DNA of 64,000 bases, taken from NCBI GenBank assembly GCA_026936335.1, contig JAPMXV010000012.1:190831-254830 (forward strand), written 5' to 3'. Shown here piece after piece: positions 54,320-64,000 of the stretch. Positions within the stretch are counted from its first letter, which is position 1, and the number at the start of each line of letters is the position of its first letter. The notes below the pieces were generated by a model, which ran no database searches, had not been told where the DNA came from, and was given only the letters and a program-made list of their open reading frames with translations. The stretch comes from Mantamonas sphyraenae STR306. Its lineage: Eukaryota; Protista; CRuMs. A program made the translations under genes and the position numbers.

Positions 54320-55640
54320 TCATTCAAGGCGTTCAAGGCGTTGGCGTTTGGAGGAGGAGGAGCAGGAGGAAGGGTCTTTGCGCTTGGGGAGGGTGAAGGA
54401 GGGGATGGGGTAGGCGTTGACGAGTGCGACGGTGGTGGGGCGGGTGGTGATGTGGGGTGTGATGCGGTCGATGAGGGTGTGGAGGAGGGTGTGCAGTGTG
54501 GCGTCGCTGGGTTTGGGGTTGTCGAGCCAGGCGATCGTGAGGGAGAGGGATGTGACACCGCGGGTGAGGGTGTTCTCGATGGCCTTGGACGCCTGTTGGT
54601 AGGTTAGGTGTGGCCTAAGGAGGCGGACAAAGAAGGCCAGGTCGACAGGCGGCACGCCAACGTTGCCAAGCGCCAGGATGATGTGTCGCAGCAGGGACTT
54701 CAGGCTGCCGTTGTTGATCAACTCACGCAGTGCCTGGTTCTCGTGTGTGTGCTGATGGCGAGGTTGCTTGGCTGCGCGTGCCTTCATGTGTGCCAGCAGC
54801 GTCTGGAACTCCCGCGCCGTGCAGCTGCCACGCTCGTCTGCGGTCGTGCACCAGCCACTGCGCACAGACTCTGGATGCCACTCTTCCACCTTGGTGGTGG
54901 TGAGGTGGTGGTCGTAGTCGCATTTTGTCCAGTGTGGGTCGCCGTCGTTGTCAGCAGGGCGTCGTGCTTTCTGCAGCCACAGCTGGGTCTGCTTGTGCTC
55001 CTTCCAGGTGGTGGGATGGGGCCTGTTGCCAAGAGTGTCCATCTCTGTCATGAGCAGGTGGAGGAGGGCGTAGTTGGGGTCTCCGTGGTCGTGTGGCTCC
55101 TCCAGCCAGCACACCTTCAACCCAGCCTTTGTCACACCCATGGCCAGACCTGCGCTGATGATGGCTTTTGTGCATGCCTTTTGATCCATGTCACGGCCGA
55201 GAAGGGCGAGGCAGAAGGCCATGTCTCCTTGGGAGAGGAGAATGTTGGCCATTGCGAGAAGGATTTGTCGGAGCAGCGTGCTCAGGGTGCCATGGCAGAC
55301 CAGAACACGCGCTTGCAGGGTCATGAGGTCTGGGATGTTGTCGATGGGATGCTCGTTGGCCAGGGTGTGCATGTGCCTCAGCAGTGCCGTGTGCTCCTTC
55401 TTGTTACTGTGCATGCGCTCGCTCTTGCGCCTTGTTGTCCTGCCACTGCGCACAACGCCATCTGGCAGTCCAACCTCCTCCGCCATCTTCTCCTCCTCTG
55501 TAGGCTCGGGCAAAACACGCTCGGGGATTTCGAGGGTGTTGACAGCGTCGTATGTGATGGGGCGTGTAGTGATGTGGGGGGTGATGCGGTCGATGAGGGT
55601 GTGCAGGAGGGTGTGCAGGAAGGCGTCGCTGCCGACGGAT
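54320..55640 (-). pseudogene. 5'-truncated copy of the unknown subtelomeric gene (paralog of 60806-63260)
   Basis: 54320 to ~55470 aligns closely with 60806 to ~61965. The frame is open to ~55640 and begins mid-domain right after an in-frame TGA. An internal Met (MAEEVG) could still be used. Confidence 0.7.
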
Positions 55641-55711
55641 CAATGTGCCATTGGGAAGGAATGCAACCATGAATGTGTGTCTGCGTGTGTTGCATTGATG
55701 CATGCACACTG

Positions 55712-58412
55712 TCACTTGTCCGAGGTTTCTTGGCCTTTCTGCACTTTGGACTCGTCGTTGTCATCGGTGATCATCATCATCGATTCCAAGAGACCACCGT
55801 AGTACTCAGTGTGGTTCTGACCATGCACCACATACACCTGTTTCTCTCCTTCCTTCGTCCACTCCTTCAGCTGCTCTTCCAGTTTGGGTTTCGGGCCCTT
55901 GACGCTCGTGAAGCCAAACACAATGTGTACCTTGCCATTCTCGCCTGCCAGCGGCTGAAACGTCTCACGGACAACCTCCTGATGCTGCATCACTTTCTCG
56001 TACTCGTCTTTGATCAGTGTAAGGCTCACCTTGTCGCTTGCGTGAATCCCCTGCTCGCTGAACTTGCACTGGATGCACTCAACCACCACCCCGTCGACTG
56101 CGGGATGGACAACTATGACATCTGCAAACGGTGCGTTGGTCCCATTCATCATCTGCATGCTTGTCTGCAGGCCATCCGGATTCGCCTGGACCAACTTGGC
56201 CACCTCCTCCTTCACAGTCTTTGTTTGTGCGGGGAAGCGTTCCCTATAATCCTGCAGGTCTATCGTCACCCTGGCTTTCAGGTTTGTGGAGTACTGAATG
56301 TGGTCCAGGTTGAAGCGCAATGATCCTCTGTGCCACCAAAACCCGTCCAGCAATGCGTAGTCCGGTGGGCTCTCGATCAGTGCGAGAGATCGCAACACGT
56401 GAAAGTATTGTGATTGCTTCTCATAGTGTTGCCACAATGCAACCTCGTTGAAGTCGGTGATGCGCCGGAGCAGTTCACTCTTGCTAGCCGCTTCACGCCC
56501 TTGCAGACCGAGGGGAATCGGCATCACCTGGCCTGCGTGGTGGACCAGCAAACCACAACTCATGTGTTCTTGCACAGTGTTTCCACCAACCTTGTCACCA
56601 ATTTGAATTGTCTCCTTGAACAGGTGCATCCGCGTGAGCGTTTTGGCCAGATCTGCCGGGAATTCTGCTGTGTACGTGTCATGCCTGATTTCTTGAACAG
56701 CGCGTTGAAGATCAGATTGAATGGTATCCAGCGATAGGGAATGAACCAGCTTAAACAGCTTTGCAATCCCCTCAACCGCTCTCGGCACACCGTACAGCTG
56801 CCGCAGAGTTTGCAACAGCAGAGTGCGAAGGACTTTCCGTCGATGGACTTCATCTGGATGGTCTTTTTCCCGATGTTCTTCATGTCGATGGTCTTCATCG
56901 TGCTTCAAGTTTGCAAACCCGAGCACAGCATCCAGGGATTCCTTGAGACTGAGTGTGGGCACAGCCAGCGGCAAGTTGCGGTATGTCGACTCGCGATCAA
57001 GGGCACCCATCAGGTGCAGGTCCCGTGTGCCCGCAACGGCAACCACGGCACGACACGGATGTTCTTGGTCGTTATACACACCACTGATCCTGCTGACGCT
57101 GTTGATAATGCCAGTGGCCGAGTTGATCACCGGTTGCAAATTCGATTCCAAGGACTTGTATGGATCAGCCAGCTTCTGCACTTCGTCGTACCCAAGATAC
57201 AGAAGTACAGGGGCACCTCCGTTCTGACTCTGTGCGTGCTTAACGATCAACTCGGCTGCGTCAACGGGTGTTGGCAGCGATTCCAGCGACTGCTCAAGTT
57301 GCACCACGTGTTTCTCACGGAGACGAGCGTTGTCACCCCGGTCAACAGCGTAGTCGTACAGCATGCGCACACCCAGACCATAATCACCCCATCTCCTCTC
57401 AATAACTGGCTTGTTCTGATTGTTCAGCGTCAAAAGCAGTGGCAGCACCTGCAGATGCGGTACCTTTTCCTGTGTGACTTGTCGCAGAGCCTCCGTCAGC
57501 TCCATCAGCATGCGCGACTTGCCAGTACCAGACATGCCAGTTACTGAGTACAGAACCGTGTCACCCCGGTGTTGAGTCATTTTTTTGCGAAGTTGGGAGT
57601 CAACGCGCAAACGAAAGCTTTTCAGTGCATCCTGCCGATTCTGAAGTGGGATTTGCATGGCCAATTCCGTGTCGATGACGTCTCCCAAAGGCGTGTTCTT
57701 CTTGCTGAGATCGAAGCAGGGCTCCATCTCTAACAATTCGGCAAATTGCTCCACGGACGTCAGCTCCACCCGCCCCACTGCGTGTTTGTCAATGCACAGG
57801 GTGTCAGCGACGTCATGGACGGCTCAAAGAAACGTTGGAACCTACCGTGGGGCGAAATGTGTGCAGCTGCTTCCCACAAGCCTGTGGGGAGTGGGGCGGG
57901 TGTCAGCAAAATGGCGCGGCGCGAAGAATTGTGGGTGTCAGGAACTCACGCTCATGGTGCGCCTGGGCCTTCTGCTGTCCCGTTCTCGCGTCATCCACCC
58001 AAAGTTGGTACACCGCAACAGCATCCTCATCCCCCTTTCTCTTTGCATCCAGCAGCAACGCTTGGGCTTCTTTCACTTTTGCTTCGGCTTTTTCGACTTC
58101 CGCCATGGCTTTTTCGATTTCCGCTTCTTCTTTCGCCTTCGCAACTTCCGCCTTTGCCTCAGCCACTTCCTTCTCTGCCTTTGCCACTTCGGCCTCTGCC
58201 TTTGCCAATTCCTTCTCCTTCTCATCCACAAGACTCTGCAAGGCCTCCTTCTCTGCTTGTGGGCTGTGTCGCAGCTGTTGGCGAGCTTGCCCAAGTTCCG
58301 CGGACAACGACTCTACACGGTCGCGCAACCTCTCCAGGCGCTCCTCACGCTTGTTCAGCTTGCTTCTGGCCTCCAAGAACAACTCCTCAGCACTGATAGT
58401 GGCTGTGGACAT
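55712..58412 (-). CDS. Crinkler/RHS-like effector: coiled-coil header + P-loop NTPase + PD-(D/E)xK restriction-endonuclease-like domain; introns 57882-57949 and 57778-57845
   Basis: Walker A GMSGTGKS, Walker B LLYLGYDEVQ, YGVPRAVE, nuclease motif NAPFADVIV...ECIQCK. Two 68-nt introns and a 36-nt exon join the coiled-coil ORF in frame. Confidence 0.8.
58075..58215 (-). repeat. Imperfect 21-bp heptad repeats (AKAEAEV-like) in the effector header
   Basis: LAKAEAEVAKAEKEVAEAKAEVAKAKEEAEIEKAMAEVEKAEAKV. Confidence 0.7.
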
Positions 58413-58723
58413 GCTGCAGCGCTGCACGACAGCGGCTGTGCCGTTGAGCCATGGTGATGATGAGGACGATGTGTTCCTGCCCTGCCACGACCGGGTCGCA
58501 TGCAAACTGGCACCCACAGCCACGTCGTGTCGAGAACGCATCGTGCTACGATGGGCAGTGACCTGCATCCACGTGGTTCGCACACGTGGAGTGCCTCTAC
58601 GAAGGGTTCGGCCCAGCGAGGTGCCTCCTCGTTTGGACACCCTGCGTGCGAACATTTGGCTGCGAGGGGGCAGCATGCATCGTGCATCCACACAATTCAC
58701 CCGTGTGTGTCGTGTGGGAAACC

Positions 58724-60565
58724 ATGTCGTACGGTGGCAGGATGAACAGCGGCGACACGATCACGGTGACGGTGGACGTGGACGAGGGCTGGATCTCGTT
58801 CAACCACAACGACACGGACTACGGCAAGGCGTACGAGGATCTGCCCACGGACAAGGACCTGTTACCTGCGATCTCCCTGTACGACGCCGGAGAGAAGGTG
58901 ATCTTCAAGCCAGCGAGCCTGGGCAAGGAGAACAAGAGCGAGAGCGGCAGCGCCAAGGAGTGGGGCGTGAGCTTCACGGTGTACCCGACTGGTTACACGA
59001 AGGAGGGCGCTTTGGCGGCCATGGAGAACATGAAGGGCGAGTTTGACGCGTTCCAGGAGCGCCACAGCGCGCTTGGCAAGACGGAGGACCAGCAGCTGGT
59101 GGAGGTGGCGACGAACTTTGTGCGCAAGAGCAAGCCCGACGGTGACCCGAGCGACATCAAGGACGTGACGTCGTTTGCACCGACCAAGGAGGAGCTGCTT
59201 GGCTACCGCGCTCTGTCTGACATGGACACGTCGTTGCTGCAGGAGCGCCTTGTGGTGCTGCAGCAGATCAACGGCTCGATGAGCGTGTTCCTGCCGCTTG
59301 TGGACCTGACGCAGATCGACACGCGCTTCAGCCTGGCAAACGACTTTTCGTGTGCGCGCGGCCTTGAGTTTACGGCACCAAAGTTGCAGCTGTGGCAGCA
59401 GGGTATGGACGGCACGTACTGCAGCGACTATCGCCCGGACATCACGATCAACCGCCAGAAGACGGTGGATCTGTGGGACCAGGAGCCGCGCGAGGAGACG
59501 CGACGGGCAGTGTGTTTGGCCAGATTGCGGCAGCTGTCAAGACGCATGTGAAGAACCTGCGCCAGAGGCCGAGCAGCCAGGCGTGGCACGTGGACTTTAC
59601 CGGCGAGTCGTCGATCGATGCAGGCGGACCGTACCGTGAGACGTTCTCGCAGATGATCCGCGAGATCCAGTCGCCGCACATCGACCTGCTTGTGCATGTG
59701 GGCAACTTTAAGAGCGACAACGGTATGCACCGTGACACGTTTGTGCCGAACCCGAGCGGCAACGGCCAGGTGTACAAGGACCAGTACCAGTTCCTGGGCA
59801 AGCTGATGGGCGTGTGTCTGCGCCAGAACATGACGCCTGTGTTCTGGAAGAAGCTGGTGCAGTTCCCGGTGACGCGTGCGGATCTGGTGGCCATGGACAC
59901 GATGTGCGTGCAGTGCAACGACGCCATCGTGGACATTGACAAGAAGGGCGGTGACGTCGGAGATGTTTGGCGACGTGATTGACGAGATGTTCACGACGCA
60001 TCTGACGGACGGTACAGAGGTGGAGCTTGTGGAGGGTGGCAAGCACAAGAAGGTGACGTTTGAGAACCGCCACGAGTACGTGCGCCATGTGGAGCAGGCT
60101 CGTCTGAACGAGTTTGACACGCAGGTGGGCTGGATCCGCGAGGGTCTGGCGTGCATGGTGCCGGTGCGCCTGTTTTCGCTGTTTACGTGGCAGGACATCC
60201 AGCTGCGCATGTGCGGTGTTGCCGACGTGCCGGTGGAGCTGCTGAAGAAGCACACGTACTACAGCGGGTACACGAAGGACAGCGAGACGGTGAAGATGTT
60301 CTGGGAGTGCATGGAGAACTACACGCCGGAGGAGAGGCAGCTGTTCCTGCGCTTTGTGTGGGGCCGATCGCGTCTGCCGTTGGGCGAGGACGCGAGCTAC
60401 ACATTTACGCTGAGCACGGCGTACCGCAACACCGAGACTGCTCTGCCCGAGTCACACACGTGCTCGTTCCAGCCGGATCTGCCGAGCTCGTACGGCACCA
60501 CCGAGGTGATGTCGCAGCGTCTGGCGTACGCGTTTTACAACTGCGCGGATGTGGACAACGACTAA
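58724..60565 (+). pseudogene. SPRY (partial) + HECT E3 ligase fragment (HERC1/2-like) with frameshifts at ~59485 and ~59950
   Basis: GDTITVTVDVDEGWISF..N..DYGKAY..L....LLPAISL (C-terminal half of SPRY). FTGESSIDAGGPYRE, FLGKLMG, LFLRFVWGRSRLP and LPESHTC are spread over three frames. Confidence 0.8.
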
Positions 60566-60805
60566 AGCAGTCGTGTTGTCGAGTGACGTGGTGGCAATGG
60601 GTACATAGTGCTTGCTTTGCGACTTGCACGCCGACATGCTGCGGGCGCGGGTTTGTGGGGAGCGAATGCCGGGTCGGGTGTGTCGGGTTTTGGTTTGCAA
60701 GGGAGCGGGTGCGTGAGGAATGTGAATGGAAGGACCGTTTTGCCGACGAGGGGGATGGTTGTGTAGTGGGTGGGGAGGGGAGGAGTGTTTGAGTGGAGGG
60801 ATGGT

Positions 60806-63260
60806 TCATTCGAGACGCTGGCGTTTGGAGGAGGAGGAGGAGGAGGAGGAGGAGGAGGAAGGGTCTTTGCGCTTGGGGAGGGTGAAGGAGGGGATGGGGT
60901 AGGCGTTGACGAGTGCGGTGGTGGTGGGGCGGGTGTTGATGTGGGGTGTGATGCGGTCGATGAGGGTGTGGAGGAGGGTGTGCAGTGTGGCGTCGCTGGG
61001 TTTGGGGTTGTCGAGCCAGGCGATCTTGAGGGAGAGGGAGGTGACACCGCGGGTGAGGGTGTTGCTGATGGCAGCTTTGACATGCTTGTAGGTGAGGCGT
61101 GGTCTGAGGAGGCGAACAAAGAAGGCCAGGTCGACAGGCGGCACGCCAACGTTGCCCAGCGCCAGGATGATGTGTCGCAGCAGGGACTTCAGGCTGCCGT
61201 TGTTGATCAGCTCACGCAGCGCATGGAGCTCGTGTGTGTGCTGATGGCGAGGGTGCATGGCTGCGCGTGTCTTCATGTGTGCCAGCAGCGTCTGGAACTC
61301 CCGCGCCGTGCAGCTGCCACGTTCGTCGTTCGGACCATTGGTCCAGCCACTGCGCACAGACTCAGGATGCCATCCTTCCACCATGGTGGTGGCGAGGTGG
61401 TGGTCGTAGTCGCATTGTGTCCAGTGTGGGTCGCTGTCGTTGTCAGCAGGGCGTCGTGCTTCCTGCAGCCGCAGCTGGGTCTGCTTCTGCTCCTTCCAGC
61501 TGGTGGGATGGGGACTGTTGTCGAGAGTGGCCATCTCTGTCATGATCAGGTGGAGGAGGGCGTAGTTGGGGTCGCCGTGGTGGTGTGGCGCCTCCAGCCA
61601 GCACACCTTCAACCCAGCCTTTGTCACACCCATGGCCAGAGCAGCGTTCTTGATGGCATTGCTGCATGCGCATTGATCCACGTCAAGGCCGAGAAGGGTG
61701 AGGCAGAGTGCCATGTCGCCCTGGGAGAGGGGAATGTTGCCCAGTGCAAGCTGAATCTGTCGGACCAGCGTGTTCAGGGTGCCATGGCAGACCATAACAC
61801 GCGCCTGCAGGGTCATGAGGTCTGAGATGCCGTCGATGGGATGCTCGTTGGCCAGATTGTGCAAGTGGTTCAGCAGTGCCGTGTGCTCCTTCTGGTTGCT
61901 GTGGCTGCGCTCGTCACTGATTCTCGCTGTCCACCCTTTGCGCACAACACCATCTGGCAACTTGATCGTCTTGTCCACGCCTGCTTTTTTCTGTGCGCCG
62001 GTGTCTCCGTTCTTGGCCCTCCTTGCCCGTGTGCTCGACGTTCCTGTCTCTGTGCCACTGCCAGCCGTGACCCTGAGCCTGCGGTGTCCGCTGCCTTTCG
62101 TCTGTTGTGAAACAGCATGTTGACTGTTGTGGCTTCTGCGACGTCGTGTGCGGCTGCTGCTTGTGCGTCTCGGCTGCCACTCGTCCAAGTCCTCCTGCTC
62201 CATGTCGTCTGTGTCGTCGTCGCTGTCGTCTGGCGGCATGTACTCCTCATTCATGGCATCACCAGAGTCTGCAAAGCTGAAGGTACCCTGCGTTTCCAAC
62301 TCGTCGTCCACGTGCTGCTGGGTTGCGTCCTTTGCCTCGCCGTCTTCTTCGTACGCCTCCATCCCTGAGCTGGTCATCCACTCTGAGTTGCTGGACATTG
62401 ACCGTGGTTCACGGTGGCCAAAGTTCAGGAACATCAGGTCCTCCACGTCGCCGGTGTCTTGTGTGTGTGTGTCCTGGTCTGCGTCGTCGTCGTCGCTGTC
62501 TCCAGTCTGCCGTGTGGTCTGGTGGGAGGAGGACGACGACGTGGTGGTGGATGTGGTCCGTGTGATACCGACAAAGGCAGGGCTGACGCGTTTGGGGACG
62601 CGGTTGTGGTTTGTGGTGCGTTGAGCAGGCGGAGGGTGCAACGGAGGCTGAGCGAAGTGCACCTGGGCGGTTTGTCGCGGCTGAGGAGGCGGCGGAGGAG
62701 GGTAGGCGTAGTATGGGTGGCCCTGATGAGCATATGCGTGGTGCTGCTGGGGATGGGTGTTGACAGGGACCCAGATGATGGGTGGTTGTGGGTGCTGGTA
62801 CGGGTTTTGTACGCCAGAGACGGGCAGCATGTTCGGAAACGGCTGGGCAGCCATGGGAGGGACCATGTACCCGTAGCTGTGGGGGAGACGCGGAGGGGCA
62901 GGGCGGAGTGGGACTGGTGAGCGGAAGGCGGCATGGACGCCGTCAGGGCAGAAGCAGGGGTGAAGGGAGGCTGGAACGAGCAAAGAGGGAAAAACGGAGG
63001 AGATTGGCAGACGGGAAAACTGGCAACGGGGAGGGCAGTGACAGGGGAGAGGGGATCGGAGAAGAGCAGAGAAGGCAGTGGAGGTGGTGATGGGGAAGTG
63101 GAGATGCAGGGGAGGAGTGGAAGGAAGCGACGGAGGCATGGAGGAGGCAAGGAAACGGGAGAAGCGGGCAGTCAGAAAACGGAGTGGAGGGCAGAACGCA
63201 CGTTGGGTAGGTGTTGGGTGTGTGTTGTTGCTTCGGAGTGCTTGAGTAGTCGTTGTCCAT
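60806..63260 (-). CDS. Unknown subtelomeric protein (~710 aa): Pro/Gln-rich and acidic N-terminal half, two internally homologous ~90-aa domains, C-terminal bipartite NLS-like motif; intron 62877-63201
   Basis: MDNDYSS...YPT joined via GTGCGT...GCTCAC...CAG to YGYMVPP, in frame to KRQRLE*. Confidence 0.75.
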
Positions 63261-63376
63261 GGTGGTGGCGGTGGTACTGGAGTGTATGTGGGATTGTGTT
63301 GGACAAGTGGTGGGTGTTGTGGGTGTTGGTGATATTTTGGTTGAAGGCGGATGGGCAGTGCTGACTCCGCGGCGCT

Positions 63377-63845
63377 GCAGGCCGACGGCAACTCACCAGC
63401 AACATCCCCACTCCCAGCCATTGCCCACCGCCCCATGTCATCAACCAACTCAGCCACCCCACCAACCGACACTAGCACAACTCACACGACATAGACCGGA
63501 CACATCACATTCACTAATATTACACCTAGGATGAGAAGCTTACGGATGCGATTGCACGTTAGGATCTGTACACGTTTCTGAGCATGACTCAGGCCTCCCG
63601 ACAAGACTTGCCTTTTTTGGCAAGACCAACACTTGTTCCAACTCGCCAGGCTGCTGAAACGACTTGACGCAAACTTCGCAAAACAAGCGCAACCAACAGG
63701 CTGCACGATGCCCACTCACCAGCCACATTTCCACTCCCACCCATTGCCCACCGCCCCATGTCATCACACAACTCAGCTACCCCGCCAGCGAACATAAGCA
63801 CAACTCACTTGACATAGGCAGAACTCATCATATTTATACATACAT
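63377..63845 (+). repeat. Telomere-associated direct repeat, two diverged ~150-bp copies (~63377-63530 and ~63697-63850)
   Basis: Both copies share actcaccagc..cactccca.ccattgcccaccgccccatgtcatca..caactcagc.acccc...agcacaactcac..gacatag. Confidence 0.9.
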
Positions 63846-64000
63846 TTAGGGTTAGGGTTAGGGTTAGGGTTAGGGTTAGGGTTAGGGTTAGGGTTAGGGT
63901 TAGGGTTAGGGTTAGGGTTAGGGTTAGGGTTAGGGTTAGGGTTAGGGTTAGGGTTAGGGTTAGGGTTAGGGTTAGGGTTAGGGTTTAGGGTTAGGTTAGG
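63846..64000 (+). repeat. Telomere (TTAGGG)n
   Basis: About 25 TTAGGG units running to the window end, G-rich strand pointing outward. TTTAGGG and TTAGG variants occur at the very end. Confidence 0.99.

Noticed and set aside
54320-61965. The two X copies as LTRs of a retroelement
   Set aside because: They are protein-coding and diverged, and the enclosed DNA has no gag, RT or integrase motifs.
1-63260. Possible stop-codon reassignment, since most genes end in TGA
   Set aside because: No in-frame TAA/TAG occurs inside conserved genes, and TAA/TAG do terminate some genes (536, 1926, 46270, 60565). It is simply a TGA bias.
62877-63478. N-terminal ~200 aa of the 890-aa ORF 60806..63478
   Set aside because: This is better explained as a pyrimidine-rich intron plus a short first exon starting at 63260. 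The ORF start runs into the telomere-associated repeat.
1-64000. Many long antisense or alternate-frame ORFs (e.g. 17937..20474 -, 42881..45478 -, 22586..24472 +, 6933..8522 +)
   Set aside because: These are shadows of real genes in GC-rich, codon-biased sequence and show no recognisable motifs.
63980-64000. Variant telomere units TTTAGGG and TTAGG
   Set aside because: They are at the extreme contig end where base accuracy is poor, so they cannot support a mixed telomere repeat.
1-64000. tRNA, rRNA or snRNA genes
   Set aside because: None were recognisable by eye, and intergenic space is minimal. A covariance-model scan of the longer introns (e.g. 16701-17098) would be needed to exclude snoRNAs.

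Overview
This is the last 64 kb of a chromosome arm from a GC-rich, very gene-dense eukaryote (probably a flagellated protist; organism not identifiable from sequence alone). It uses the standard code, has short 5'-biased GT-AG introns with an RCTSAC branch point, and ends in a (TTAGGG)n telomere at 63846-64000. Bases 1 to ~46,250 are a housekeeping block: trypsin-like protease end, Apd1/Aim32-like ferredoxin, START protein, SAM-RanBP2 protein, GNA1, BRE/BABAM2, MAU2, an OSCA/TMEM63 channel carrying a TRAF-like Zn-finger insertion, YKT6, SMC4, RRP36, COG4, a filamin-repeat protein with a DM10-like C-terminus, TUL1-type RING E3, a PH-IQ protein, ALG3, AP5B1 and SMC3. Bases ~46,270-63,845 are an accessory subtelomeric zone. 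It holds two surface proteins (beta-propeller + Cys-rich repeats; propeller + IPT/TIG + multi-TM), an F-box-like remnant, a Crinkler/RHS-like coiled-coil + NTPase + PD-(D/E)xK nuclease gene, a broken SPRY-HECT gene, and an unrecognised gene family present as one full, one truncated and one vestigial copy. A duplicated telomere-associated repeat lies just before the telomere. Several genes carry 1-2 nt frameshifts that are most likely sequencing errors. All family calls come from motif recognition by eye; no searches were run.
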